20,453 bases of DNA from Bdellovibrionota bacterium (GCA_044352465.1 JBILDU010000054.1:1-20453); one strand, 5' to 3'; positions 7,671 through 16,002 are shown, counted from the stretch's first letter. A program made the numbers and translations. The notes: generated by a model not told the origin, from the letters alone.

Positions 7671-7991
7671 ATGCGCACCTCGTCGATACTTGCCCTCGTT
7701 TGTCTGCATATGGTTTGTGCACTCACCGTGAAAGGAGTCGCTGGAGCGGCTGAGGACCTCCGGATCGGTCAGACCGAATCCACGTCCGATTCCTCCGCTG
7801 AAGAGGTGACAACCGCCCCCTTCCTCGAGAGTGTCGACGACATGATTGCTCTCATGATCCTTGAAGATGGCAGGATATGTTGCCAACCGCCGCGCTCAGT
7901 GTTGCAAGGGGGCGACCTTGCCTGGGGCCCCCTCTTCTGGCGGAGGCTTAAGATTCTCTGCCCCCAACTTCGACCCACCGCCATCTGTTAG
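7671..7991 (+). CDS. Small secreted hypothetical protein
   Basis: SD GAGGA upstream of ATG; signal-peptide-like N-terminus ending AGA-AE; acidic Ser/Thr segment followed by a Cys-containing C-terminal part. Confidence 0.55.
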   Translation: MRTSSILALVCLHMVCALTVKGVAGAAEDLRIGQTESTSDSSAEEVTTAPFLESVDDMIALMILEDGRICCQPPRSVLQGGDLAWGPLFWRRLKILCPQLRPTAIC

Positions 7992-8210
7992 GGGTTCTTC
8001 GCAACCGCGACTCCGCGCTCTCGCTAAAGCTACCGCAGCGAAGCGAGAAACTGTGCCACCGCTTTTGGCGCCGATGGAAAGAGAAGCGCTACGCTCATCG
8101 ATGCGGGAGGTCAGATCCTCTCATCTTCGCGCCCCCGACATAAGCTTTCTCCTTCTATCCAATCGCCTCCGTGTGCTATCGTTTCACGGGCATTTTTTGG
8201 GAGTGATTCG

Positions 8211-8933
8211 ATGACCGTTCATTTTACGACCCTTACCTTCGCAGGACATGCGGCCCTATTCCTTAATGCGCCCGATTATGTGGCAGCGATCGACCCATGG
8301 CTTAACAACCCATTGTGCCCGGCTAAGCTGCAGCACCCGACGAAACTCGACCTAATCGTACTCACCCACGGACACGCCGATCACGCGAGCGATGTCCCGA
8401 TGCTGGCAAGGAAAACAAAAGCGAAGGTCGCAGCTACTTACGAACTTGCGCAGATTCTCGCGAAGGAGGGAGTACCTGAAGAGCAACTTATCTTTATGAA
8501 TAAGGGTGGTTGCGTATCTTTCGACGGACTCACCGTATCGCTCGTCCACGCGCTTCACTCGAGCTCTTTCGATACCGCAGGAGGACCGGTCTACGCCGGG
8601 GAAGCCTGCGGCGTCGTCATTAAGGATGGGCGTCATTCGATATACCACGCAGGCGATACAGCGCTCTTCTCTGATATGAGGCTCATCGGCGAGATTCATA
8701 GACCAACGGTCGCATGCCTTCCGATCGGTGACCGCTTTACGATGGGGCCCGGCGATGCAGCCCGCGCCGCCGAGCTCATCGGAGCGCCCCGTGTGGTACC
8801 CATTCACTACGCCACCTTTCCCCTCTTAAGCGGCACCGCTGCAGCATTCGAGAGAGCTTGTCATGAGCGATGCGGGGACAAGGGACCGAAGGTGGAGAGC
8901 CTCTCTCCGGGAGACTCGTTAGCACTTTCCTGA
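8211..8933 (+). CDS. Metal-dependent hydrolase, metallo-beta-lactamase fold (UPF0173/YtkL-like)
   Basis: GHA, IDPW, HxHxDH motif THGHADH, MNKGG, ALHSSS, IYHAGDTALFSDM, LPIGDRFTMGP, PIHYATFP; SD GGGAG upstream. Confidence 0.95.
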   Translation: MTVHFTTLTFAGHAALFLNAPDYVAAIDPWLNNPLCPAKLQHPTKLDLIVLTHGHADHASDVPMLARKTKAKVAATYELAQILAKEGVPEEQLIFMNKGGCVSFDGLTVSLVHALHSSSFDTAGGPVYAGEACGVVIKDGRHSIYHAGDTALFSDMRLIGEIHRPTVACLPIGDRFTMGPGDAARAAELIGAPRVVPIHYATFPLLSGTAAAFERACHERCGDKGPKVESLSPGDSLALS

Positions 8934-9318
8934 TAGTTTCACTCGATCCTCGTTACCACAGGAGCGCATCGCTGCAATCGCGCCGGTTGTTGTAGCGACC
9001 GCGGCTTAGCCCAACAATCCGTCTTGGCGGAGGGAGATGGCTACCGACAGAGAGCCCCCTCATCTTGATAAATCCTCTTGAGACAGCCTTTCGAACGAAG
9101 GTTCTTATTCTCAACAATCAATAATACTAGCGACTTGCTGGACTCCCTGTTCCTTATCGCTCACACACCGTTTAGTCATTTCTCAAATTCTACAAAATAC
9201 CACTCTTTGGTTTGGTAGATCCGTGATCGATTTGAACAGGACGCGCGGGCCCCTTAAAAAGGGAAACATCAACGGAATCACCAACGGAAACGAGGGTGAG
9301 CTTTCTAGGGGGGAAGAC

Positions 9319-9882
9319 ATGGCGTGTGAGATATTGCTCGAATTTCATGGCGATTCACCTCAACTGACCCGGACGATATTCCGCCGCGAGAGTGGGCAGG
9401 TCATGACAACGGTGCGCGGGAAAACGGCCGGTGCCCTTCGTGGCGCCGGATCGTTTCAATGGACCTCCGCCGTCCGGGCTTTGAGCGCTCTCCTCGTGCG
9501 CGGGGCCTTAAGTTCGGTGGAGGGGCTTCCCACGACAAGGGCGGCTCTTGCGGGGTTAGGGGTAAGTCTCGCTTCAACTCTCGACTACGCCCTCAGTAAG
9601 CAGCCGCTCTGGACCGTCGAGATGTGCGGAGTCGATCCGTGTTCGCAGGCCTTTATCCGCCGACTATTCCTTCGCACCAACCCGGAGCGAAAATATCCCG
9701 GTCCCGTGATCGTCACCATTAATGACCGAGTTCTTCCGCTCAACCAGATACAGATCTGGTTGAACGGACGAAGGGTTGTGGAGACCGAACACTACCGCGA
9801 GCTCCTCAGTAAAATAGAGGGTACGGAGATGCTTGCTGGTAAGGGATACACTCTTCCACCAAAACGGCTCGCCTCAGCTTAA
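9319..9882 (+). CDS. Hypothetical protein (187 aa)
   Basis: Long ORF with protein-like composition; start moved to ATG 9319, which follows a G-rich SD (AGGGGGGA). No recognised domain. Confidence 0.7.
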   Translation: MACEILLEFHGDSPQLTRTIFRRESGQVMTTVRGKTAGALRGAGSFQWTSAVRALSALLVRGALSSVEGLPTTRAALAGLGVSLASTLDYALSKQPLWTVEMCGVDPCSQAFIRRLFLRTNPERKYPGPVIVTINDRVLPLNQIQIWLNGRRVVETEHYRELLSKIEGTEMLAGKGYTLPPKRLASA

Positions 9883-9903
9883 ACGAGGCTACGAGGCCCC
9901 GCC

Positions 9904-10599
9904 CTACCGCATAACCTGAGATTCCGGGAGATAGCTCGAAAGCTCCAGCAGGGTATGTATCGTGGGCACCGCTAATGCTTTTTGACTTGAGCACCGATTG
10001 AGCCACACAGCGCGCATCCCGTTTCTCTGCGCGGCGCAGACGGCACCGGCGTAGTCGGCGCCTACGTAGAGACACCGCTCGGGGGCCGACGAATACCGAG
10101 AAGCGGCACGCTCAAAGGGGGAGCTGTCGCCGGAACAACCACCACGACCAACCTCAAACTCGGTAGCGCTGAACGTATTAACGATTCCGAGACGTTGCAG
10201 CTTCAAAAGCTCGAATCCAAAGTCACCCACCGTGACGAGACCGATTTTAGATCGCTCGCCTAAACGAAACAAAAACTCCGGCACATCGTCGCATGCGACA
10301 AGATGGCTGAGATATGCACTCAGAAGGTCGAGCTCGAGCTTCTGAGAGCACTTCGCTGTAAGGGAGGGCTCCAGTGCCGCCAGAATCACCCGTCGCTCCT
10401 CGAGGGTGCCAAGCCCCCCAATTCGCGACAACAACGAGGTTGCAACGGACCGCCTGAACTGAAGCTCTCGACGAGATGTCCCACCTAAGAAGCTATCCCA
10501 CGCCTCCGCCACCGCCCGATCAAGCGCGCCCTCATGGTCGGTAAACACCCCGTCTAGCCCAAACCAAACCCATTCGATCTCTACCACCGGATCCCCCAC
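9904..10599 (-). CDS. HAD-superfamily (YjjG/YigB-like) protein with degenerate catalytic motifs
   Basis: HAD layout is recognisable: WFGLDGVFTD (motif I), IGLVTVG (II), KL.RLGI..F, PERCLYVGAD...AAQRNGMRAVWLNR (IV), IHTLLEL. Catalytic Asp/Lys residues are replaced. Confidence 0.8.
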   Translation of the reverse strand: MGDPVVEIEWVWFGLDGVFTDHEGALDRAVAEAWDSFLGGTSRRELQFRRSVATSLLSRIGGLGTLEERRVILAALEPSLTAKCSQKLELDLLSAYLSHLVACDDVPEFLFRLGERSKIGLVTVGDFGFELLKLQRLGIVNTFSATEFEVGRGGCSGDSSPFERAASRYSSAPERCLYVGADYAGAVCAAQRNGMRAVWLNRCSSQKALAVPTIHTLLELSSYLPESQVMR

Positions 10600-10776
10600 T
10601 CCCGTCGCGTTTGATGAGAATTAGACGTCACCAAAACGACCGAACGTTAACTCTTCTATCCGACCGTGTCGACGTGATAGCGTTCAGGTGAGGATTCAGA
10701 GAGTGCTGACTGCACAGCCCCGTAAGGAGTTTCCGCGGATACCCTCACCGGCTCTAATCGCTCGGTATTTATACGA

Positions 10777-10827
10777 ATGTCTTTTCCCGCTATATGTCTT
10801 TTCCCTCTATATGTCTTTTCCCTCTAT
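10777..10827 (+). repeat. Tandem repeat, 3 x 17 bp (ATGTCTTTTCCC[G/T]CTAT)
   Basis: Units at 10777-10793, 10794-10810 and 10811-10827, with one mismatch in unit 1. The last unit runs into ATG 10826. Confidence 0.92.
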
Positions 10828-11428
10828 GCACCGTTCAATAGTTTCGCTCATCTTGGTTCTTCCCCTCGTCGTGATAACGTTCTTTGGAGGCACGCGTCTT
10901 ATGGCTCAGTCTGACACCACTACAGCAACACCCACTGCAACCTCGCACAGTTTTTACGATCTGCGGGTGAAGACCCTCTCCGGGGAGGATGTCTCGCTGG
11001 AGCGTTTTCGGGGAAAGGTAGCGCTCGTGGTAAACACTGCCTCGAACTGCGGTTTTACCTCCCAGTATAAGGGGCTCGAAGAGCTGTACCAAAAATACAA
11101 GGAGCGGGGGTTCGTCGTCTTGGGATTTCCGAGTAACGACTTCGGGGGGCAAGAGCCCGGCTCGAACGCGGAGATTAAGCAGTTCTGTGAGCTTAAGTAT
11201 CGTACCACCTTTCCGATGTTCGAAAAGAACGCGGTCTCCGGTGACGACAAACAGCCAGCCTACAAATTCCTCACCGAGCTCTCAGCTTCTGAATTTCACG
11301 GCGATCCCGGCTGGAACTTTGTGAAGTTTCTCGTCGATAAAAACGGCACCGTCATCGGACGTTTCTCCTCGATGACGAGTCCCGCCGGGGGGAAGATCGA
11401 GCGAGCGATTGAAGCGGCATTAAAATAG
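10826..11428 (+). CDS. gpx: Glutathione peroxidase family protein (Cys-type, BtuE/Gpx-like) with N-terminal export signal
   Basis: VVNTASNCGFT (peroxidatic Cys, no Sec codon), LGFPSNDFGGQEPG, FC (candidate resolving Cys), FPMFEK, WNFVKFLVD. Hydrophobic N-terminus from ATG 10826 (in-frame alternative ATG 10811). Confidence 0.93.
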   Translation: MHRSIVSLILVLPLVVITFFGGTRLMAQSDTTTATPTATSHSFYDLRVKTLSGEDVSLERFRGKVALVVNTASNCGFTSQYKGLEELYQKYKERGFVVLGFPSNDFGGQEPGSNAEIKQFCELKYRTTFPMFEKNAVSGDDKQPAYKFLTELSASEFHGDPGWNFVKFLVDKNGTVIGRFSSMTSPAGGKIERAIEAALK

Positions 11429-11574
11429 CGGGCCGATTATTGAGGCAACCCGAAAAAGGGAGCGAAGCTTAGAAAAAGGTCAGGTATCGGCCTTTTTGCA
11501 GCTTAGGACACGTTCGCCGTGAGGCACGCGTGCCCAAGATGTTGATCCGCCAGGCATCAGCGTCGAGCGAGGAA

Positions 11575-11600
11575 GGATTGAGCGGAGCTCCCCTCAATCC
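11575..11600. terminator. Hairpin between convergent gpx and DUF853 genes
   Basis: GGATTGAG (11575-11582) pairs with CTCAATCC (11593-11600); weak pyrimidine tails. Confidence 0.35.
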
Positions 11601-11635
11601 ATTTCTCCAGCGCGCCATTGTCTAGAGAGAGCCGC

Positions 11636-13132
11636 TTATCGTCTTCTCGATCCACCCGAGATCGAACCGAATATACCGCGCATTATCTCGCGTCCGAGCC
11701 GACTGCCGATGCTCCTGACCGCACTCAACACTAAAGCCTCCACCGGAGTCTGGCGGCTCCGCCCACCACTCTTGGGGCTTCCACCCAACGTCTCAAGGAG
11801 CGACTCACTCCTTGGCGAGGATTCCGCTGGACCGCTCGCCGTCACTGGAGTGCGCTCAGAGCGCCGCTGTAACATCTCGTAGGCGGACACCCGATCAACC
11901 GCCTCCTCATACACACCGGCAACGAGCGAGGCCCCGACGATCGACCGCCGCTCATCCGCCGAAATGGGGCCCAAGCGACTCGTGGGCGGCGCGATCATCG
12001 TTCGCGCCGCGATGGTCGGTGCACCACCCTCATCAAGTAACGACACCAGCGCCTCACCGATCTGCAACTCTCCGATAGCATCTTCGAGTTTCACCGAGCC
12101 GTCGCCACGAAACGACTCCGCCGTGGCTTTCACCGCTTTTTGATCCTTAGCTGTAAACGCCCTCAGCGCATGCTGCACCCGGTTACCAAGTTGAGCGAGC
12201 ACGGCATCTGGAATATCAAGAGGGCTCTGCGAAACGAAATAGACCCCCACCCCTTTCGAGCGGATGAGCCGCACCACCTGTTCGATCTTTTCAAGGAGCG
12301 CTTTCGGCGCTTCATGAAACAAAAGGTGAGCTTCATCGAAAAAGAACACAAGCTTCGGTCTCTCCACGTCCCCAGCCTCCGGTAACTGCTCGAAGAGCTC
12401 GGCCAGAAGCCAGAGGAGAAACGTCGAATAGACCTTGGGGCTTTGCATGAGCTTATCTGCGGCGAGGATATTTATAACCCCTCGCCCTGACGGATCGGTC
12501 TGAAGAAGATCGGCGATGTTCAGAGCCGGCTCCCCGAAGAAACCGCTACCACCACTCTCCTCTAATCCTAAGAGTCCCCGCTGAATAGCGCCGATACTCG
12601 CCGCGGAGACGTTTCCATACTTAAGGGTAAGCTCTTTGGCATTCGCACCCACAAAAGTAAGCATAGCTTGCAGATCTTTCAGATCCAAAAGCAACATCCC
12701 GTTTTCATCTGCCACCTTGAACACCAGCGCGAGCACACCGGCTTGCACCTCGTTCAGATTTAAAAGCCGACTTAATAGAAACGGCCCAAGATCTGACACC
12801 GTCGCCCGAACCGGATGTCCTTGCTCCCCGAAAACATCCCAGAACGTGACCGGATAAGCCTGTCCTTCCCACTCCGAGATGCCGAACTTTTCAAGCCGCT
12901 CAGCAAACTTTCCCTCTCTCTTCCCCGGGAAAGCCATGCCGGCAAGATCTCCTTTCACATCAGCCATAAAGACCGGGACGCCAAGCTTACTAAAACCTTC
13001 GGCGAGGGTTCGAAGAGTTACGGTTTTTCCAGTTCCCGTAGCACCGGCGATAAGCCCGTGACGGTTCGCCATGGCGCAAAGAAGGTGCTGCGGGGTCGTG
13101 GAGCTTGACCCAACGAAGATGCGGTTATCCAT
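11636..13132 (-). CDS. DUF853 / YjgR-type HerA-FtsK-superfamily ATPase
   Basis: ANRHGLIAGATGTGKT (Walker A), ADVKGDL, FWDVFGEQGHPVRATVS, KLVFFFDEAH (Walker B), VRLIRSKGVGVYFVSQ, QLGNRVQHALRAFT. Start placed at ATG 13132 because the upstream extension looks non-protein-like. Confidence 0.95.
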   Translation of the reverse strand: MDNRIFVGSSSTTPQHLLCAMANRHGLIAGATGTGKTVTLRTLAEGFSKLGVPVFMADVKGDLAGMAFPGKREGKFAERLEKFGISEWEGQAYPVTFWDVFGEQGHPVRATVSDLGPFLLSRLLNLNEVQAGVLALVFKVADENGMLLLDLKDLQAMLTFVGANAKELTLKYGNVSAASIGAIQRGLLGLEESGGSGFFGEPALNIADLLQTDPSGRGVINILAADKLMQSPKVYSTFLLWLLAELFEQLPEAGDVERPKLVFFFDEAHLLFHEAPKALLEKIEQVVRLIRSKGVGVYFVSQSPLDIPDAVLAQLGNRVQHALRAFTAKDQKAVKATAESFRGDGSVKLEDAIGELQIGEALVSLLDEGGAPTIAARTMIAPPTSRLGPISADERRSIVGASLVAGVYEEAVDRVSAYEMLQRRSERTPVTASGPAESSPRSESLLETLGGSPKSGGRSRQTPVEALVLSAVRSIGSRLGREIMRGIFGSISGGSRRR

Positions 13133-13378
13133 AAAAAGAGCTCTCCGTAAACGGTGTATGCCAGCCCCTTTATAGCCCGGCTTCGGGCGTGGATTCCAGA
13201 AGCGATCTCGAAAACGGCTCCTCAACGGGCCGGGCGAGGCGCCACTGCGGGCGAGTGATGGCGACAAACCCCAAGGGCGGTCGAATTAAATCCTCAACGC
13301 TCGTGAAGGGTTAACGAGCGACCGAGGGATACCGCGGGTCGAGGAAACGAGCCTCGCGGGAGTCGCCATAACACCGAC

Positions 13379-14176
13379 ATGGCACGGCGCGGGAATGAAA
13401 ATCACGATCCATCGATGCGGAGCCCCTCCTACTCGACCAAACCACTCGAGGAGGTGGTGCGGGAAATTGATCCAACGGTACGCTCTGAGGACCTTCGGCG
13501 AGCCGTAAGAGATTTTCTCAAAGTCACAAACCTCCGCCAAGAGGCTCATACAGTGCGTGGGACAATAGACCTATGCGAGGAGACTCCTCTGTTCGGCGGG
13601 CCGATTCTGCGACTCTATACCGGCGGCGAGGTTCAGGAATTCCAAGCCGCTTGGCGAGCATTTCGAGCGTGCTCACCGGTCACCCCTCTCGACATCCAAA
13701 AGATCGACGCGATCTGGCCCCGCGAGCGGGAGGAGCCGCTCATCGGACACGCCGATATCGCGGTTCTCCGACTTATTCGGTCTCAGGCGACCCTCTCTGG
13801 CTATCTCAATTCCGACGAGCGCACCACGCTCGACAGAGTCTATAGTCACATCGCCGAGGCGGAGCGGCTCGAGCGGCGAGAGGCGTTTCACCGACTTGGG
13901 CTTGAGTGGCGAGAACGCGCGGGGCGCTTAGAGCCGGCAAAGACGACGAGCCGCTATACTCAGGCAACCTTCGTTGAACTCGGGAGCCCATTCTTTGATG
14001 TGGTGCTCCAAAAACTCCCAGCACTTCCCCCCGAGGACAAGAGAGAATTGCGGCGGATATACGAGAGGTGTCGCGAGCTCAGTATTCTCCGCCAGACAGA
14101 TAAGCACGCCGAATTCTCCGCCGGATGGGACGATTTCTTAGAAAACGATCTCTATAAGAAATACGGCTTGCGCTAG
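13379..14176 (+). CDS. Hypothetical protein (265 aa, charged, predicted helical, cytoplasmic)
   Basis: Longest ORF in the interval, GGGAG upstream, no signal peptide, no recognised motif. Confidence 0.7.
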   Translation: MARRGNENHDPSMRSPSYSTKPLEEVVREIDPTVRSEDLRRAVRDFLKVTNLRQEAHTVRGTIDLCEETPLFGGPILRLYTGGEVQEFQAAWRAFRACSPVTPLDIQKIDAIWPREREEPLIGHADIAVLRLIRSQATLSGYLNSDERTTLDRVYSHIAEAERLERREAFHRLGLEWRERAGRLEPAKTTSRYTQATFVELGSPFFDVVLQKLPALPPEDKRELRRIYERCRELSILRQTDKHAEFSAGWDDFLENDLYKKYGLR

Positions 14177-14301
14177 TTTGCCGCCAAAATGTTCTTGTTA
14201 GAATAACAGGAGGGTTGAGAAAAGATGTTCTCGAAAGGGGCGACTTTTGAATGCTTTCCCGCTCGAGCGGGCCATGGACAGTCGGCCAAACTGGGCCCTT
14301 G

Positions 14302-14880
14302 TTAAGTCGGTGGCGAGATACTCAGCGTTAAAATCCCTACATAGGTTCCGGAGGGACGACTCAATATCTGGGCATCATCAACGGTTATCTCGAAGGAAGC
14401 TGGAGCGGCTGGCCCGCTTGCGCACGACGCCGATACCGTATTTGCACCGGTCCGGTTTGCCGACCCCTGCTGCTTCGTAAGTCCAATCGTCCCATCTACG
14501 GTTATCCATGCTACCGTGTAAGGAATAACTTTCGAGGGGTCGCCTTGTTTAGCGACCGTGAACGCTTGATCGGCCCCATCGCCGTGAGCGGTGACCCGAT
14601 ACGAGCCACTCGCGGAGTTAGTCCACACACACACCGACCGGGTCGCGGTAAGATCTCCCGACCCCGAGAACGTCGAAAACGTCACATCCTGGATCCCCGA
14701 GATGCGGTAGAGCTGTGCAACCTCAAGGTCAACTGAGACTCCCGCCACGTTAGGATCACCTTGGGCAACAGCCGTTGTTGCGGTCGCGCCGATGAGAATA
14801 ACGACACAGAGAGCCCACCCCCCGATCAATGGGGGTATCTTCAAAATCCGATTCCGTCTCTCCTCGACGTAGCAAGCCAT
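14302..14880 (-). CDS. Fimbrial subunit paralog (putative minor pilin)
   Basis: Signal peptide ending AVA-QG; donor-strand-like VSVDLEV; CVWTN...Y.VTA.G.G...F..IPY.V.W...C; C-terminal GTYVGILTLSISP strand. Clearly paralogous to 15109-15696. Confidence 0.8.
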   Translation of the reverse strand: MACYVEERRNRILKIPPLIGGWALCVVILIGATATTAVAQGDPNVAGVSVDLEVAQLYRISGIQDVTFSTFSGSGDLTATRSVCVWTNSASGSYRVTAHGDGADQAFTVAKQGDPSKVIPYTVAWITVDGTIGLTKQQGSANRTGANTVSASCASGPAAPASFEITVDDAQILSRPSGTYVGILTLSISPPT

Positions 14881-15024
14881 AATAATTTTGATGCCTTGCG
14901 TACGTTCGAGGGTCTATGAAAGGGGGTTTCGGAGGCAAGACAGCCCGAAACAACGGGCTAAGAGCCACACAGAACACCGAAAAAGGGCCCCGGAACCGGG
15001 CAAACATAACACCGTTTAAGCAGA

Positions 15025-15066
15025 AACGGCGAAAGGCCGGTCGCTCGTGACCGGCCTTTCGCCGTT
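15025..15066 (-). terminator. Perfect 18-bp stem-loop downstream of the major pilin gene
   Basis: AACGGCGAAAGGCCGGTC-6nt-GACCGGCCTTTCGCCGTT; on the minus strand it is followed by only a short U-rich tail (TTTCTGCTT). Confidence 0.8.
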
Positions 15067-15108
15067 AGGACACAGGATATAGGGACCGCTATCTGTATAA
15101 TTCGGCGA

Positions 15109-15696
15109 CTACGGAGTCGCGACCGATAGCGATATCGTCAGGACCCCGGTGTAGCTACCCTCCCCAACCTCGAGAACGTCTTCCCGGTCGAACTGAACGT
15201 CAACCCGGGCGTTATCCGTGCTGTTACAGTCCACGAGATTACTCGCGTTGCTAAACGGAGCTGGAGTTACCGGACCAGCCGCCGTTACCTCGCCGTCGGC
15301 TAATTGTGAGCCGCGAGTACCGGTCGAGTCGTTCCAATAAACCTTGTAGGGAAGATCATCGTCGCCGTCCGAGATGGAAAACTCGTTATTACCGGCGCCG
15401 CCATCCCCTTGAAGCGTTATATCGTATTGGCCGGAGTCAGCGTTCGAATAGATACAGAGGGTATCAGAATCGGTTGCGTGGCTGCTCCCGTTTGCAAATC
15501 CCTCGGTGATTGAAAAATCGACGCCGCCGAGGTCGTCAATCCCGTTCACCTTGTAAAGCTTCGGAATCGTCATGGTGATAGTCGAGGAGCCGTTCGATGA
15601 CGTTTCGTCAAAGTCTCCCTGACTCGCCGCATGACATATGCTACTTGTCGAAACGGAGAGCGCAATCGCTCCCAGAATAACTCGCATGGTTTTCAT
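15109..15696 (-). CDS. Fimbrial subunit (putative major pilin of an alpha-clade chaperone-usher pilus)
   Basis: Strong SD AGGGAG; signal peptide ending CHA-A; N-terminal extension QG...SSTITMTIP; CIYSN...YDITLQG.G...F...LPYKVYW...C; C-terminal GSYTGVLTISLSV. Follows the usher and has its own AT-rich upstream region and 3' hairpin. Confidence 0.85.
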   Translation of the reverse strand: MKTMRVILGAIALSVSTSSICHAASQGDFDETSSNGSSTITMTIPKLYKVNGIDDLGGVDFSITEGFANGSSHATDSDTLCIYSNADSGQYDITLQGDGGAGNNEFSISDGDDDLPYKVYWNDSTGTRGSQLADGEVTAAGPVTPAPFSNASNLVDCNSTDNARVDVQFDREDVLEVGEGSYTGVLTISLSVATP

Positions 15697-16002
15697 AAAA
15701 TGGACTCCCTATCCGTGTGCCTCTGTTTACAGCCTTCAATGGCTCGTCCTTAAGCGGGAGCGAACCTCCCTAGCTCTTAAAGGGAGCTTCGGAATCCATT
15801 AAAAAATCCTTAACGATTTCAGGCGTAAAAATCTCTAACTTTGAGTACATCCCGCTGGCGCAATTTTATCTCCAGCAAAACCAATGGCTTAACGAGACCA
15901 GACGGTCCCTTTTATTTTTCAAACAAATTTATATAAGCACGCGAAAGATGCGCCTGCGGAGAAGAGGTCGAGTTGGGTTGAGAAGCTCTACGCGAGCGCC
16001 CC
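15697..16002 (-). promoter_or_regulatory. AT-rich spacer, likely internal promoter for the pilin genes
   Basis: 306-bp non-coding gap inside an otherwise tightly coupled cluster; contains TTAA-N7-TTAAC at 15799-15814 and further TTAA words. Confidence 0.5.

Noticed and set aside
7861..8214. 117-aa plus-strand ORF as a frameshifted continuation of 7671-7991, and a minus-strand SD (GAAGGAG) with ATG near 8141
   Set aside because: The 117-aa product is not protein-like and has no SD; the minus-strand ATG opens only six codons.
9270..9289. Direct repeat CAACGGAA x2 upstream of the 187-aa gene
   Set aside because: Only two short copies; cannot be distinguished from chance.
10688..10825. N-terminal extension of gpx given by the ORF track
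   Set aside because: It runs through the tandem repeat and would bury the signal peptide; probably promoter/leader DNA.
10777..10827. Repeat as a mini CRISPR array
   Set aside because: Units are 17 bp, directly abutting, with no spacers and no cas genes.
11026..11060. Selenocysteine recoding in gpx
   Set aside because: The active-site codon is TGC (Cys); there is no in-frame TGA.
11636..13132. HerA-like ATPase as part of an anti-phage system (Sir2-HerA, DUF4297-HerA) or a conjugative coupling protein
   Set aside because: Sequence fits the widespread stand-alone DUF853/YjgR family, with no nuclease, sirtuin or T4SS neighbour.
14881..15900. c-di-GMP riboswitch in the pilin leaders
   Set aside because: The conserved class I core elements are not present in order on the coding (minus) strand.
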